DNA of 63,910 nucleotides, counting the filler, from Gonapodya sp. JEL0774 (Eukaryota), in the NCBI GenBank assembly GCA_027604505.1. It is 56 parts of 56 records of this genome, joined end to end, with 100 filler letters (N's around TTAATTAATTAA, not from the genome) between each part and the next. Parts side by side here need not be neighbours in the genome. Positions count along the whole stretch, not along the records: positions 21,805 to 22,850 come from JADIIX010004079.1; positions 22,951 to 23,996 come from JADIIX010004080.1; positions 24,097 to 25,141 come from JADIIX010004081.1; positions 25,242 to 26,286 come from JADIIX010004082.1; positions 26,387 to 27,431 come from JADIIX010004083.1; positions 27,532 to 28,576 come from JADIIX010004084.1; positions 28,677 to 29,721 come from JADIIX010004085.1; positions 29,822 to 30,865 come from JADIIX010004086.1; 48 more parts are not named here. One strand, written 5' to 3'. A program made the translations under genes and the position numbers. This document shows, in pieces, positions 21,705 through 34,292 of the stretch. A model generated the notes under the pieces. It saw only the letters and a program-made list of their open reading frames with translations. It was not told the origin of the DNA and did no database searches. Numbering within the stretch: position 1 is the first letter of the stretch; every line of letters starts with the position of its first letter.

Positions 21705-24422
21705 NNNNNNNNNNNNNNNNNNNNNNNNNNNNNNNNNNNNNNNNNNNNTTAATTAATTAANNNNNNNNNNNNNNNNNNNNNNNNNNNNNNNNNNNNNNNN
21801 NNNNGGTGGGCAGATACCGAGGTTTGTGGTTTGGTGGGCTGTGCGTCGGTGGTCGTGGATGAAGGAGCTGGGGAGAAGCATGGGGTCGGTGCAGACCCCC
21901 GAGTACGACAACGTGCAGTGGTAAGCTACACACCAGACCCAGGTCCCGCAACGGCCTTTCACCGCGGTGCTCTGACCTGCTCATTCTGGTGGGTCGATCC
22001 CGGAACAGTACTCATTCATTCTCTCGACCAACGTATGCAAAGAAAGGAAAGAAGGCAAAGAATGTAAACATTATGGTATATGTTACAAAATAGACCCAAT
22101 ACACTGCAGCAACGTCAGCTGAAAAACTAAAAAAGTGAAACAAAAGCATAACATCAACTAGAACTCAAACTCCGTCTTCTCCTCTGAAAACACTAAACCA
22201 CTCTCTGCTCGCTCGATCTCTGTGCTCGTCTCCACTTTGTAAAAAAAAAAAAAAAAAACACATGAATCCATGCGCTCGTTTGTGGTGATGAAATGCGACG
22301 TTCCTTTGGTCCAGTGCTCCAACGGGGATGCAAAATATAGAAACGGGGCAAACGAATGTATCGTACAAAAACGTCTCAAGGTGCGGTCTGGGTGGCGGAG
22401 GAGAGTAGGTGTGTCCGAGAAGGGTTGAGGGAGAGGATGGGGCCGATGTAGACGCGCGGGATGCAGGAGGTGTGGTTTGGCGACTGCAGACGATTCAATG
22501 TTTCCCATCTCGGTATCCCAAATATCCCCTACCCCCGCACCTCCATATCCATCCTGGACACCGTATGCCCCCATCCCATTCCAGACCCTCACGGCGTCTT
22601 CGACGACACCGCTCTCACCGCCAACATTAGTTCCGCCTGCACGTCCCTGGCCATGCGTATCCGCTTCTCCTGCGCCGACAGCACGACCACCACTTTGCTC
22701 TTGGTGGCCTTCACTCGGGGGGCGCCCGGAACGCGATGGATGCGGATGCTTCCGGGGGGCACGACAAGTTGAGGTACGGGAACGGGCGGGACCGGCTTTG
22801 GCGCGGGAGGTGGTTTGGTAGGAACGATGATCGGTGCCCAATCGTCGGATNNNNNNNNNNNNNNNNNNNNNNNNNNNNNNNNNNNNNNNNNNNNTTAATT
22901 AATTAANNNNNNNNNNNNNNNNNNNNNNNNNNNNNNNNNNNNNNNNNNNNGTATCATTTTCAAAATTATAACTGTCTTTGTCGTCACAATTGTGCTTCAA
23001 TTTACCAGATGGGAATACATGTATAAAACAGTGCCAGGGTCACCCGAGCGGGAGCTTGAGAATGTGCTGAAGTCGCCCAGGGAGTGGGTTTGAGAGTGTG
23101 TTACGGCGAGTCAGGTGTATAATTTGATCTAATGTTCTTGAGGAGGATAAAATCGAATGATCCTCCATCAATTCGCCGCATGGGTATTCTCCTTTGTTCC
23201 CGATCAAACAACCTCATTGTTGCTCTGTCTGTTTTGCTTGACTTTCGTATCTTCTTGTGTCAGAAGGGCAAGGTCTTGGATGGATTGATATTGATACGTC
23301 AGCCGTTTGCAGTACATCTGAATCGGGATAAGCTGCCAAGTTAGCTCCTTATCAAAAGATATTGAGAAAGGAAGTTGTGCTGAATGCACTTTCATTCGGA
23401 AGTGAAGGAACTCGGAGTGAAATGTGCATAAAAAATCACGTGGTTGCGGTCGCAGGTTTGCCCGCCTTTGCCATTTGATAACAAGTCCTGATCCGCCTGC
23501 ATCCCCTTCTCTTGCAAACTCATCGAACAACCATTACTCGAAACTCGCCAAAGGTCAGTGATCCTTGATGTTGGGAGATAATGAAATGATGCAATCAACT
23601 GCTAATGGCGCAGGAGCGGTTTAGAGTTCGGAAGTTGCTCTCGATATGAGTTTGTGAGACGGTGGAGGACCGTTCTCGTTCAGAACGATGGTCCACGGAT
23701 ATGCTGCGGTGTCTAAATTACATGCAGAATGTGTTCCGGGACGCAGATATCCGGGGTTTGGGGAATCATGGGTTGTCATGTGATGACAGGAAAAGCGGGG
23801 AGTCGATGATGACAACTGAAAAATGGACGCTTTCTGCTATTGCTCATCTCCGACGTTGCTTATGTTTGGAATTAGATGTCTGTCCCTTCTGAAGTCACCA
23901 AATCCAACCTCACTCCTGCTGGAAAGAAGCTCAAAATTTTCACTCGGTAGGTTGACGACGAGGCGCTCCACTGAGCGTTTTCACGACTTCTGACTCNNNN
24001 NNNNNNNNNNNNNNNNNNNNNNNNNNNNNNNNNNNNNNNNTTAATTAATTAANNNNNNNNNNNNNNNNNNNNNNNNNNNNNNNNNNNNNNNNNNNNTTAC
24101 AGAACACTTCGGAAAATCTCCATCTCGATTCAACTTTGCGCGACATGTTGGGGTATCTGGCGTTGCTCGACAATTCTATGATATCGTACCCTCGTTCGTC
24201 CTACATTCCGCGTGCACCATATCACCGCGGCGCGCTCTGCTCTTGCATGCATATTTGCGAGAACAGAGCTTCGTTGATCTCAAATGCAGGAACTTATCTT
24301 TACGTGCAAATATACACCAGCTCTGCTAAGCGCCAAGACCAATCGCATGTTCTGCGCTTTATCCGCGCTTCGGCCTTGTCCACAGACGCGCAACTTCATT
24401 CCGAGCTGTGTTTCGCTTCCCA

Positions 24423-24860
24423 ATGGCCGTAACAGACACTGCTTCTGGATCGCTACCCGCGATCACTGTTCGTTCCATTGAACCGTCCATCATCGTGCCG
24501 ACTCCGCTTTCGGACTCGTACAGGTTCTTCACCGATGTTTTGGGATTCGAAGTACGTTTCGAAACCGAGGACAAGAAACTCGCTATCCTCGGTCTTGGTG
24601 ACCTCAAGATTCATTTTACCGCCCAAGAAGACGAAGGGCCAGACGCAAACAAACCTGAAGGACTCGAAATTCGCCTCAGGGTGTCCAATGTGAAGGCTGT
24701 TGCGGACAAGGCTCGCATGAAACTACCGAGTTGGGAGCATCCTGGGTCACGGGGAAAAGACGTGCGGAAGACGGATTGGGGCACCTTGGAGTGGACGGCT
24801 TTGGACATCAGGAGCGACTTGTGTTTGACGTTCTATGAGGAGGTGGAAGAAGGACAGTAA
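24423..24860 (+). CDS. VOC/glyoxalase-bleomycin-resistance family protein (complete, intronless)
   Basis: SYRFFTDVLGFEVRF...IRLRVSNVKAV...HP...DWGTLEWTALD...LCLTFYE. Confidence 0.8.
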   Translation: MAVTDTASGSLPAITVRSIEPSIIVPTPLSDSYRFFTDVLGFEVRFETEDKKLAILGLGDLKIHFTAQEDEGPDANKPEGLEIRLRVSNVKAVADKARMKLPSWEHPGSRGKDVRKTDWGTLEWTALDIRSDLCLTFYEEVEEGQ

Positions 24861-25241
24861 CTTGTGGGGTGCAACTAAAACCTCCAGACGCCTTCACTAC
24901 GAGCAATAGTACTTGCTGTATCTTAAGATGATTTTGTTGTTCACATAAAACCGTTTCAGCGAAATGAACCGAACCAAGGGGTGCACGGTCCCCCCTTCCC
25001 CGGTCTCACATGTATGAGTCGCAGTGTCTCCCCATCGTCTGATACACGCAGGGTCCGATGCTGCACAAATCACCGTGCAGTGAGTCGGATCTGATTCCAG
25101 TTCAAATTGAAGCTTTGTCGGATTCGTTTCTGCAGAGTCTGNNNNNNNNNNNNNNNNNNNNNNNNNNNNNNNNNNNNNNNNNNNNTTAATTAATTAANNN
25201 NNNNNNNNNNNNNNNNNNNNNNNNNNNNNNNNNNNNNNNNN

Positions 25242-26256
25242 CGGGTACTTGAGAGTCGGCTTGTTTTCGCAGCAAGGTGGAAGATGGATTTGCTGTCATT
25301 TAACTGCCCCCTCGTGACAATCTGCGCAGTTCAGAACCGTGTATGAGATGAGATCGTTACACATGCTGGAGCAATAAGAAAAACCGGTCAAAGTCTCACC
25401 ACCACACTCCGTTGGCGACCCTCAGGTATCGGCTGCGCTACAAAAGCCTCGAGAGCCGCGAGCAAGTTACAACTGCCCATGTCAGCTTCCAGATTCGCCA
25501 CCGTGCGCTCCCGCGCAAGTTCACGAAAATTTGGAGTTGCGGGTACTGGCTCTGGAAACAATGGCACGAAAACCGAGCCGTATCCGACCACATTGAAGGT
25601 TGAAGTTTCCGGCATCGACTCCAAGATGCAATCCAATGTGGTTTTCGCAATATCAATGACTGGGGACATGGATCCTGATCTGAAGAGATGTAGAATCACA
25701 GAAGTTCCATAGTTGCGAAATACATTAGTGAGTCTGAAAGGCAAGATTTCACAACCTTACCTATCCACGAAAATAAGAACCTCTGTCGAAACTTCTTTGA
25801 TGCTGAACTTCGGCACAAAAGTGAGCATCGCACACTTCGTGCCCGTTCCGGGATTCAGTTCGAGTGCTGTCCGAGGTTGGGTGAGTCCAAGCGCCTTCAC
25901 CACCAACACAAAGGTGCGATCCAAATACACCGAGTTTCGAACCAGCCTAGCGGTTGCACGCTTGGGATTATCCACATCGATATTCACGTCCACCAAATGA
26001 GTGGTTGAATCAATTGAAGACGCCAGCCCCGCTGTCAGTTGAACATCGACATCTATGGTCATTTTGTAGCCATCACCAGCGCCCACGATATCGGATTGCC
26101 CCGTGTGTTTGTCATTTGATGATGGTGAGAGTGCAGTTGCGGGGAGGGCGAAGAGCAGTTCATCAGACTGCAGGTTTGTTGGGCATTCGTGGACATAAGA
26201 AATAGAAACTGTGGCTGATTTTCCTGGAGGTATGTTACCAACAGACACTTGGAATA
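25242..26256 (-). CDS. VIT + vWA domain protein (VWA5A-like), internal fragment
   Basis: FQVSVGNIPPG...ISY; LDRTFVL; EVLIFVDR|SGSM; FNVVGYGS...LFP. Confidence 0.85.
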
Positions 26257-26409
26257 CTAGTGGGAGCAAGAGCACTGTGAGTCACCNNNNNNNNNNNNNN
26301 NNNNNNNNNNNNNNNNNNNNNNNNNNNNNNTTAATTAATTAANNNNNNNNNNNNNNNNNNNNNNNNNNNNNNNNNNNNNNNNNNNNAGACCGAGCGTCGC
26401 GCGTTCGCA

Positions 26410-27431
26410 ATGCAGACGCTTTCCCATCTCCGTTGGAAGCTCCAACGTCAAATTCGCAGGACGTTCGTGCGATCGCCCAGTTCCCGGTTCTGTCAACTCC
26501 CAGTCGAAATAATCCTCTCGATCCTCCATTACTTCCCCAATTTTCGACTCGGTCTTCCTGTCGGAGCCATAACACGCGATCTATTGCCGGTCCTCCTCTC
26601 CCCCGATCTCGTTGCATCCCGAGCTATTCGAAAGTTCGGAGTTCCTCAACTCGCCCTGGTAATGGAATGTAAGCGAAATCCTCCGGATCGACCCGTCATC
26701 GAGGCCATAATCGATTGCTGTGGGAAGAAGTGGCACCAAAGTATCGATCGTTATCGTCCCAGGTTGATTATCGAGTGGAAAAAAACGCTGGACGGTTTGA
26801 TGGATTCTGGGCGATGCTGGGACATTTTGCCGCCCTTGTTCTCCGCAAAGATTATCATACCAGATCAGGTCAAGCTCTACATTACCCACGAAGCTGTTCT
26901 GTCACCTAAAAGCGAGGACGTTCTCAAAGCCATCTTATCTGTCATCCGAATCAACCCTCCAGTCGACTTAGAGGATCACAAACTTTTATGGCGTGGATTG
27001 CAATTCTCGTGTCTCTACGAGAACAAGTACACCGGAGCCGCACAACTCATTCTGGATGCAATGTTACAGCGTCATGTCAGCCTGTCTGACTTTTCTTTCA
27101 GGGATTCGATGTTTGACATATTTGCGAGTCTCGCAAAGGATTACACTGTCTATCGGGAGCGAGTTGTTCTGAGCCGCTCCGTATCCTTGAAAGATCGCGA
27201 GATGTTCGAGAAGCATCACGATTCCTTCCCGACCTTCACACACCTCTTTCTGACTCGAAACGTCATCTACGCCAAGCAAACAATCCATTTTTTCCCACTT
27301 AATCGCATCGTGAGTCGCAACCTCTACACGTCGGACACCATACTCGACCTAGCTTGCCGAAGTGGACACGTTGAGGTGGTGCGATTGCTTCTGGATTCGG
27401 ATTCAGGAGCGACGCCGTCCGAACTGGGAAG
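26410..27431 (+). CDS. F-box-like N-terminus + ankyrin-repeat protein (fragment, intronless)
   Basis: FCQLPVEIILSILHYF (F-box-like); LDLACRSGHVEVVRLLLD (ankyrin). Confidence 0.65.
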
Positions 27432-28676
27432 NNNNNNNNNNNNNNNNNNNNNNNNNNNNNNNNNNNNNNNNNNNNTTAATTAATTAANNNNNNNNNNNNN
27501 NNNNNNNNNNNNNNNNNNNNNNNNNNNNNNNTCCCAGACCCAAAATCCGACTTGAAGCCCCACACCGCCATCTGCACCCCCTGAGCGACCATGATTCTAA
27601 ATCGCCTCCTTCTCCTCTCTTGAAAGCACCCGGCCTTGCCCCCAATTGGATAGATTACATCTAGTCAACAACCACACAACTACAGATACCAGGGCCCTTA
27701 CGGTCAACGAGCTGGCTCCGCCCCATCGCAAGCATAGTGGCGGCAGCCACTGCCTCCGCCAGGTCCACTGCAGGGCCACCAGGGGACAGGCCAGGCACTG
27801 ACCCCGTACCCCACTGCACCAGCAGCACCCTCCTTCTCGCCCGCACAACCCCTCTATGCACAGACACCCGCCCTACCTCTCCCAGTACAACAGTACTGGG
27901 CACAACGTGCCCCCCACAACGTGGGACACCCCTCGGTTGGTGTGCCAGTGTATCTACCAACACAGTGGGGAGCGCAACAGATGTACACTGCAACACTGCC
28001 CTCTATGGAACAATCGCTGTATGGAGCAGGATTTGCAGAAGGGGGACTTCAACTGATGGGAACAGGGACTGACTAGGGCACATGGTGGCCCACAACTGGG
28101 ATACTCGCCCCCTCGCAAGGAGGGGTGTTGGGGTTGCCACCTGCGGGACCTTCCAGAAGAACGCATGCACAGACAGGACAGCTGGAAATGAGGGATGGGA
28201 CAGGACCTGCGTTCACCCCAATGACAATAATGGAGGCATTTGCCACCACCATGCGGAGGATGGTCCAGGTATTGCTGGGACAGTCAGCCACACAGGCGAC
28301 ACCTCGCCTGCACAGAGTCAAACAGGGGTACAAGCTCAGGGGAGCACAACCACATTTAACCCCACTGCATCCTCATCCGCCTCCACCCAACACACCTCCC
28401 CGACACCGACCATCCCCAGCGGGGGCCCCCAGCTCCCACCCCCACAATGGCGCCGGCCATTGCCGAAGCAGCCAATGCGGTGATAGCTCTCCTCACCTCC
28501 CAGCTCCACAATTTTTGAGACATCAGTGAGCGCTTTACACGTGCTATGGACGGGGGCGTGGGGGGGGGGGGGGGGGNNNNNNNNNNNNNNNNNNNNNNNN
28601 NNNNNNNNNNNNNNNNNNNNTTAATTAATTAANNNNNNNNNNNNNNNNNNNNNNNNNNNNNNNNNNNNNNNNNNNN

Positions 28677-28813
28677 CATGTCCACCCCTCCTCGCAGTCG
28701 ACGAGCGACTTCCACCTGGAACGACATCTTCGTCGTCTCCCCACCCTCCCCCATGTCCACCCCTCCTCGCGGTCGACGAGCGACTGCCACCTGGAACGAC
28801 ATCTTCGTCATCG
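28677..28813. repeat. 75-bp tandem repeat (~1.8 copies, truncated by the contig end)
   Basis: CATGTCCACCCCTCCTCGC at 28677 and 28752; encodes DDEDVVPGGSRSSTARRGGHGGGWG. Confidence 0.9.
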
Positions 28814-29721
28814 TCGTCGTCGCGATGGTTCTTCATCCCATTACCTCCACGGTAGCGAGTAGAGGACCAACCACCGTATACGTCTTCATCCTCCGAATGC
28901 TCCATCTCGTCAAGGGATCTCGTGCTGCTTCGGGCACCACCACTCCTTCGGCGTCCCGCACCACTTACAGGAGCCTTGTTCATGGCCTCCTGTAGTTCCC
29001 TTGTGAGAGATGTGGGGTCTGGAGTTGTATACCCAGATATTCTATCGGGTTGTGTAAACGAAAGGTTATCATAACGCAATTGATATTCTTTCATCCAACT
29101 GTCAACGTTCACCTGTGCTTTAGAAGCAAACTCCTCGGCCCGATTCAACCTAGTGTTCAACTTATGTTGTTCTCTTTGAATATTTCGCAACCATTTTAGG
29201 TGATTATGTCCCCTTTTCCACGCGCTTCGAACCCTTGATTCTTTATTCCTGAAGTTTCTATAAGCACCCAGTGTTTTGTATTTTTTCTCATACTCTTCAA
29301 TTTGTTTCTGAAGGTGTGCTTTATCTAGGAGCTTCTTGTAAGAATCGATCTTCTGTTTGTACCTTGGTACCACATACGTCAACACATGATCTATTGCGAC
29401 ACTGGGATTCGTGAGGCGTTCGTGGAGGATCTTAAACCTCTTGAATTCTCCATCGGGAGTCTTAGTTGCGGGAGCATATGCTGACGACGCAAGTGACAAT
29501 GGTGTGTCCGATCGTGATGAAGTTGCTGGTGCTAGTGCCGAAGAAGATCGTAATGGAGTTGCTGGTACGGATGAAGATAGATAAGGTCGTTGTGGAGTTG
29601 ATGGTGGGGGTTGTGGCTCTCGGATCACCTCCTTATCTTTTTTTCCTGTGCCATTCGTTTTCTTGTCTTTACTTCCATAGGTTTGTATGATACTGTTGAA
29701 TGCTTCTTTTCTTCTGTTAAT
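28677..29721 (-). CDS. Intronless ORFan fragment open across the whole contig, with a C-terminal 25-aa repeat
   Basis: No stop over ~348 codons; Lys/Tyr-rich helical segment followed by GG-rich repeats. Confidence 0.7.
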
Positions 29722-30965
29722 NNNNNNNNNNNNNNNNNNNNNNNNNNNNNNNNNNNNNNNNNNNNTTAATTAATTAANNNNNNNNNNNNNNNNNNNNNNN
29801 NNNNNNNNNNNNNNNNNNNNNAATAGGGTTTGTGTATTCTCCACCCTCAAAATCCACCTGTCTGATCTCGCAAAAGAACACCGCGGATATCGGCACCGGA
29901 TATGATTGCACCTTGATCACCCAGGACATCATCGTCTGGTGGGACACAGACCCTTGCACTGACCATGTGCCCAAGTGCCAATGTCGGGTGTACATACACG
30001 ATGGGTCACTTTGGTGAAAGGGACTTCTAGATGATCATCGACGTCCTCTGAAATTGCTGAGTTTACTTCTTTTTCCTTACGGAAGGTTCTCATAATATCT
30101 TCACAGCCCTTTGTGAGATAGGTATGATTGTCTCAAGACCGCACTTCTGTAAAGTGATGGCACTCTTATAGCACTCTTGATCTGGCCGAAATTTGTGGAA
30201 GAGTGGTCGACCCGTATGGATGGTCTTGATCGACATAAGGAATCTGCTCAAACAAGGAGGGTCAACGTCACTTAATCACTTGCGCTCAGATGATTCCTTC
30301 GCATGCCCGTTGATACTTGATGATTGAGTGCTTCGCGTATTCGGAAGATCCAACCTTGTCGCAAATGAATGGTTGGCCTTGCACAAATATGCAGGCTGAG
30401 AGCGACGAGTCACAGAGAGTTGAAGGGAGAGATAGTACTAGTGTCCCGCAGACATGGTTATAAGCGCACTCATGGTGAAACAGTGGTGCAGACGTGCGGC
30501 AGGGTAATTGTGTTGTGGAACGATCCGGAAATGCGTGGTCACAGTCAGATCACCATAATTGACAAAGGTACCTGGGTGATCAGGCGACTGCAACATGGCG
30601 AATTCTCAAAAACTGATTATAAAGTGATGAGCAAATATGGCCCACAAAGGAGATGAAAAGTGTAAATGGAAGTTGGTTCGTCTGAGAATCGACAATTCAT
30701 CAGGACACGTGCGATTATGAACGTTTCTTGATCATGCTCAGCCGGCAATGCTATGGCTGAAATCTCTCGAAGGAATTTTTCTTCTGACCATCATACAGAA
30801 GGGAAGTCACGAAAATCACCTTTGTTGTGGTTGCGAGTGGTTGTGGGGAGTTCAGCCGGTCATCANNNNNNNNNNNNNNNNNNNNNNNNNNNNNNNNNNN
30901 NNNNNNNNNTTAATTAATTAANNNNNNNNNNNNNNNNNNNNNNNNNNNNNNNNNNNNNNNNNNNN

Positions 30966-31674
30966 TTGGGCTCACTACTCCAGAATAGGCTTCCCGAAGG
31001 CCAAGTCCCAAAGGCGAACGTCCCGAGAATTCCCCAGGCTCCATTTCCTGGCTCCCACTGACTTCGGCGTGGTTATACCCCAACTTGAGCACTTGTCCAT
31101 GACCCGGAGAGCGTCCCGTTGACGAACTCAGCTCGGCCTCGTCGGGCTCAGAGAAGTCATTTCCTGTGTCGGAGGTCGGGCTTGATAGCCCAGAGTATGC
31201 TTCGCGAAGACCAAGACCGAGCGGTGAACGTGCGAGGGTCGTGTTCGTGGGACTGTCAATCTGTTCGGGAGCCTGAGTGGTTCCCAAATATAGGCCCACT
31301 GGACTGGTTGATGGAACAGAAGTTTCGACGTTGAGACCTCGTGCGTTGAGTGCCTGTCTTGTTGGACCTTTCCTCATCGAGCGCCGTGTCCGACGACCGG
31401 AAGAGCTATGACTTGGCAAAGCGAGACGCGCCGATAAAGAAGAAGCGAAGTTAGCGTCTGGAGTTTTGAGATGAGCGGTCGGGGGTTTGTCAGGTTGGTG
31501 GAGAGTTTTTTCAATGTCGGCGTTGCGGGCAGGGTCCGATGAAAGCGAGGGCGATGGCAGCGGAGGGAGCTCGAGCGCATCCCAGAATGAGGTGGGAGAT
31601 TTTGGTGAAGTAGGGAAATGCGAAACCTGAGATTCAGCTTCCATTTCAATGTATTGGAGGGTTGGTTTGGACAA
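30966..31674 (-). CDS. Hypothetical Ser/Pro-rich protein with internal repeat RSPLGLGLREAYSG x2
   Basis: Long open frame containing a duplicated 14-aa motif. Confidence 0.55.
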
Positions 31675-33253
31675 GAATGACGACGGGGGCCGGGTGAGTC
31701 GGTTAACCCCTGAGGTGACCCTTCAGGGAAACCTGACTGGTTCCAGCAGGTTCCTCCACGACATCGATCGAACCGCGTGTGACCCAGAATGGCATGGTTG
31801 AAAGCCAGCAATGTACGAGCATACAACTTTCTGAGCCATGTACTTCGCCCCATCCCTCGTTTCCACGTGATCATCCATTCAGAGTGGCATATGACGCGCT
31901 CTCAACCAGAGCCATCGGTGTCACTAGACTGTACGGGGGTAAATGGTTTAGAACGACCAGTAAACTTGGCTTTATGTGCATATGCCATTTTCTGCACAGA
32001 ATTCAAAANNNNNNNNNNNNNNNNNNNNNNNNNNNNNNNNNNNNNNNNNNNNTTAATTAATTAANNNNNNNNNNNNNNNNNNNNNNNNNNNNNNNNNNNN
32101 NNNNNNNNTTTGCCGGTCTGCGAGGGACAGTGACCCTCACAACTGCGCCACAGAAAAAACAACAAACTGGTGGCGCACAAAGCCCACCGGATGACACTTC
32201 CCGCTTTTCTGACATGAAGCTATTATTTCAATTCGAGCTAATGCTTCGCTTGAACAAAAGAAAAAGCCACGACTTGCATTTTATATCTGGCGATTCCACC
32301 TCAACTCACAGCCTTGATCCGAGAATCTGAACTTGAGAACGTGGAACTGTCTCTCGTTTGTTGATCACTGCGGAGGTCGGAAATGCAGACATCGGAATTG
32401 ATAGAGTGGAGAGCCTCAACGACGGACAAGAGAACGGCCAGGTCTCATGCTTATGAAATGGCGATAATGTCACAAATGCATCAGTCGGCGGATGAGACGG
32501 AAAAACGAGTTCTTCCTCCTGCATCCACCTTTCCACGAGCGTCAGATCCCCAAGTTCTGTTATGGAGGGCTTTCGAGTTTCTACTGCGCTAACTCGCTTG
32601 TCGTTCATCACGTCCACTTCTTGCGGGCAATTTGGCTTGGATTCTCAAATTCGATAGGAATCCAATTTGTATCCGATGCTTCCCAAAGAAACTATAATAC
32701 ATCAAAATGAAACAGTTGTCAAGCAATCATGCGTCTACTCTACTTCTAGTTCAGGCTCTTTGAGCATCCGCACTCATTCTCCTACGTCACTTGGCCACCT
32801 TCCTCACAGCAACTTCACACCGTCGGATCGCAGAAACTCCACCATATGCTGGAACACGATATCGGTGTCCTCTACGTGGGGACTAGGAGCGAACAGAAAA
32901 CCAAAGGATCTGCTGATCAGCACCATGCGACACGTTGCAAAAGCGAACAGTGTAGAGTACCCACTAGTGCCCATTCTGAGGAACCATCCGCATATCCACA
33001 AACTTTGAGGAAGTTAACGACTTTTTGTACAGCGTGGTTTCTTCCGTCGCGTTCTGAGATTGAATTGGAGATGTTTACTTTTTCTGGTCCACGTCCACCG
33101 AATCGTCGACGTGGCGAGCAATTAACTCACCCCAAAGTCCGGATCCGCGTNNNNNNNNNNNNNNNNNNNNNNNNNNNNNNNNNNNNNNNNNNNNTTAATT
33201 AATTAANNNNNNNNNNNNNNNNNNNNNNNNNNNNNNNNNNNNNNNNNNNNGCG

Positions 33254-34292
33254 ATGGACGAACAAACCAGCGCCACGGAGCGAGCAGCATCCATGACCGG
33301 ATCAGTACTTGTGATGGCGGTATCGGTGAGCGGCCCGAGCGCCCTGTTGTGTTTCCGTTCCAGTACGAAATTATCTGATCTGATATTCTTCACGCCATCT
33401 TCTTTTGTGCCCATTACAGGGTCAAGTTTACATGTGGTCATCAGTAGCCACGCAAGTTGGGTGAGTAAGAGCTCAGGTAGTGCGTAGGGTTGTGAACGTG
33501 CTCAGCATTCGATCGTGGTTCGATTCCAGTGCGAGATTCGGTTTCAGCTCCACGGAACTCAACCTAATCGGATCACTGGGTGAATATCAAAAGCTTTTTT
33601 CTCAGTGAGCAATCGTTCTAAGAGTACTGACACTCCTTGCAGGCAACAGCGCTCAGATTCTGGGTCCGTTGCTAGGACGGTTCATCGAGATTGCTGGTGT
33701 AACCAGAGCGCTGATCACAAGCGGGGTGGTGGCATGGAATGCAGCAACAGTGATGGGCATGTGGTATAATGGACAGTTGCTACCTGGGGGAAATGACAGT
33801 CCTCTCGTCTTTTGGCATTTGGGACTCGTGTACCTACTCCTTGCCATTTCGTGGATGACGGGTGAGGAGATTTGCTATTTGTTAAATTACCACATTTCGT
33901 CTGTTAACTTGCAGTTTCTTCCAGGATATTTGACAGTTCTGGGAGCCAACGTACGCAATTTCCCACTCGCAAGTCAAGGTGCAGCTGTCGGTGTGCCAGT
34001 TGGATTCTATGGCCTCTCAAGTGCTCTAGTTGCCTCGATGTTCCTTCGACCATTGTTTTCTCACCATGGGTCTTTGGATGTTGGTGGCTTTTTCATCTTT
34101 GACGGTGGTCTCATCCTGTTCGCCTTTCTCGCTGGTGCCTTTCTCGTCCGAGAGTATCGCCGTCCCGTTCTGCGTCCGGAGGTATCACCTGGATCTACCT
34201 CAGAGTCATTCTCGGATGCGCATTTTGCAGCAACGGATGTACAACCTGAGGCGACTGAAGATGATCCCCTCATTCGTACATTGGAGGACAAT
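33254..34292 (+). CDS. Nodulin-like/MCH1-type MFS transporter, 5' fragment
   Basis: Spliced GSVLVMAVS|GQVYMWS...FGFSSTELNLIGSL|GN...GPLLGRFIE...NVRNFP..QGAAVGVPVGFYGLSS. Confidence 0.8.

Noticed and set aside
22241..22258. A18 run as a retrocopy poly(A) tail
   Set aside because: Sits in 3' UTR-like DNA between convergent gene ends; no TSD or retrogene evident
29822..30865. Splice-like signals here and in contigs 17220-18266, 22951-23996, 32109-33150, 34393-35434, 49222-50260 and 56054-57091
   Set aside because: No consistent frame or recognisable product could be assembled; left unannotated
33500..33535. GGTTCGATTCC tRNA T-loop-like motif
   Set aside because: Lies at the 3' end of an MFS intron; no cloverleaf or acceptor stem
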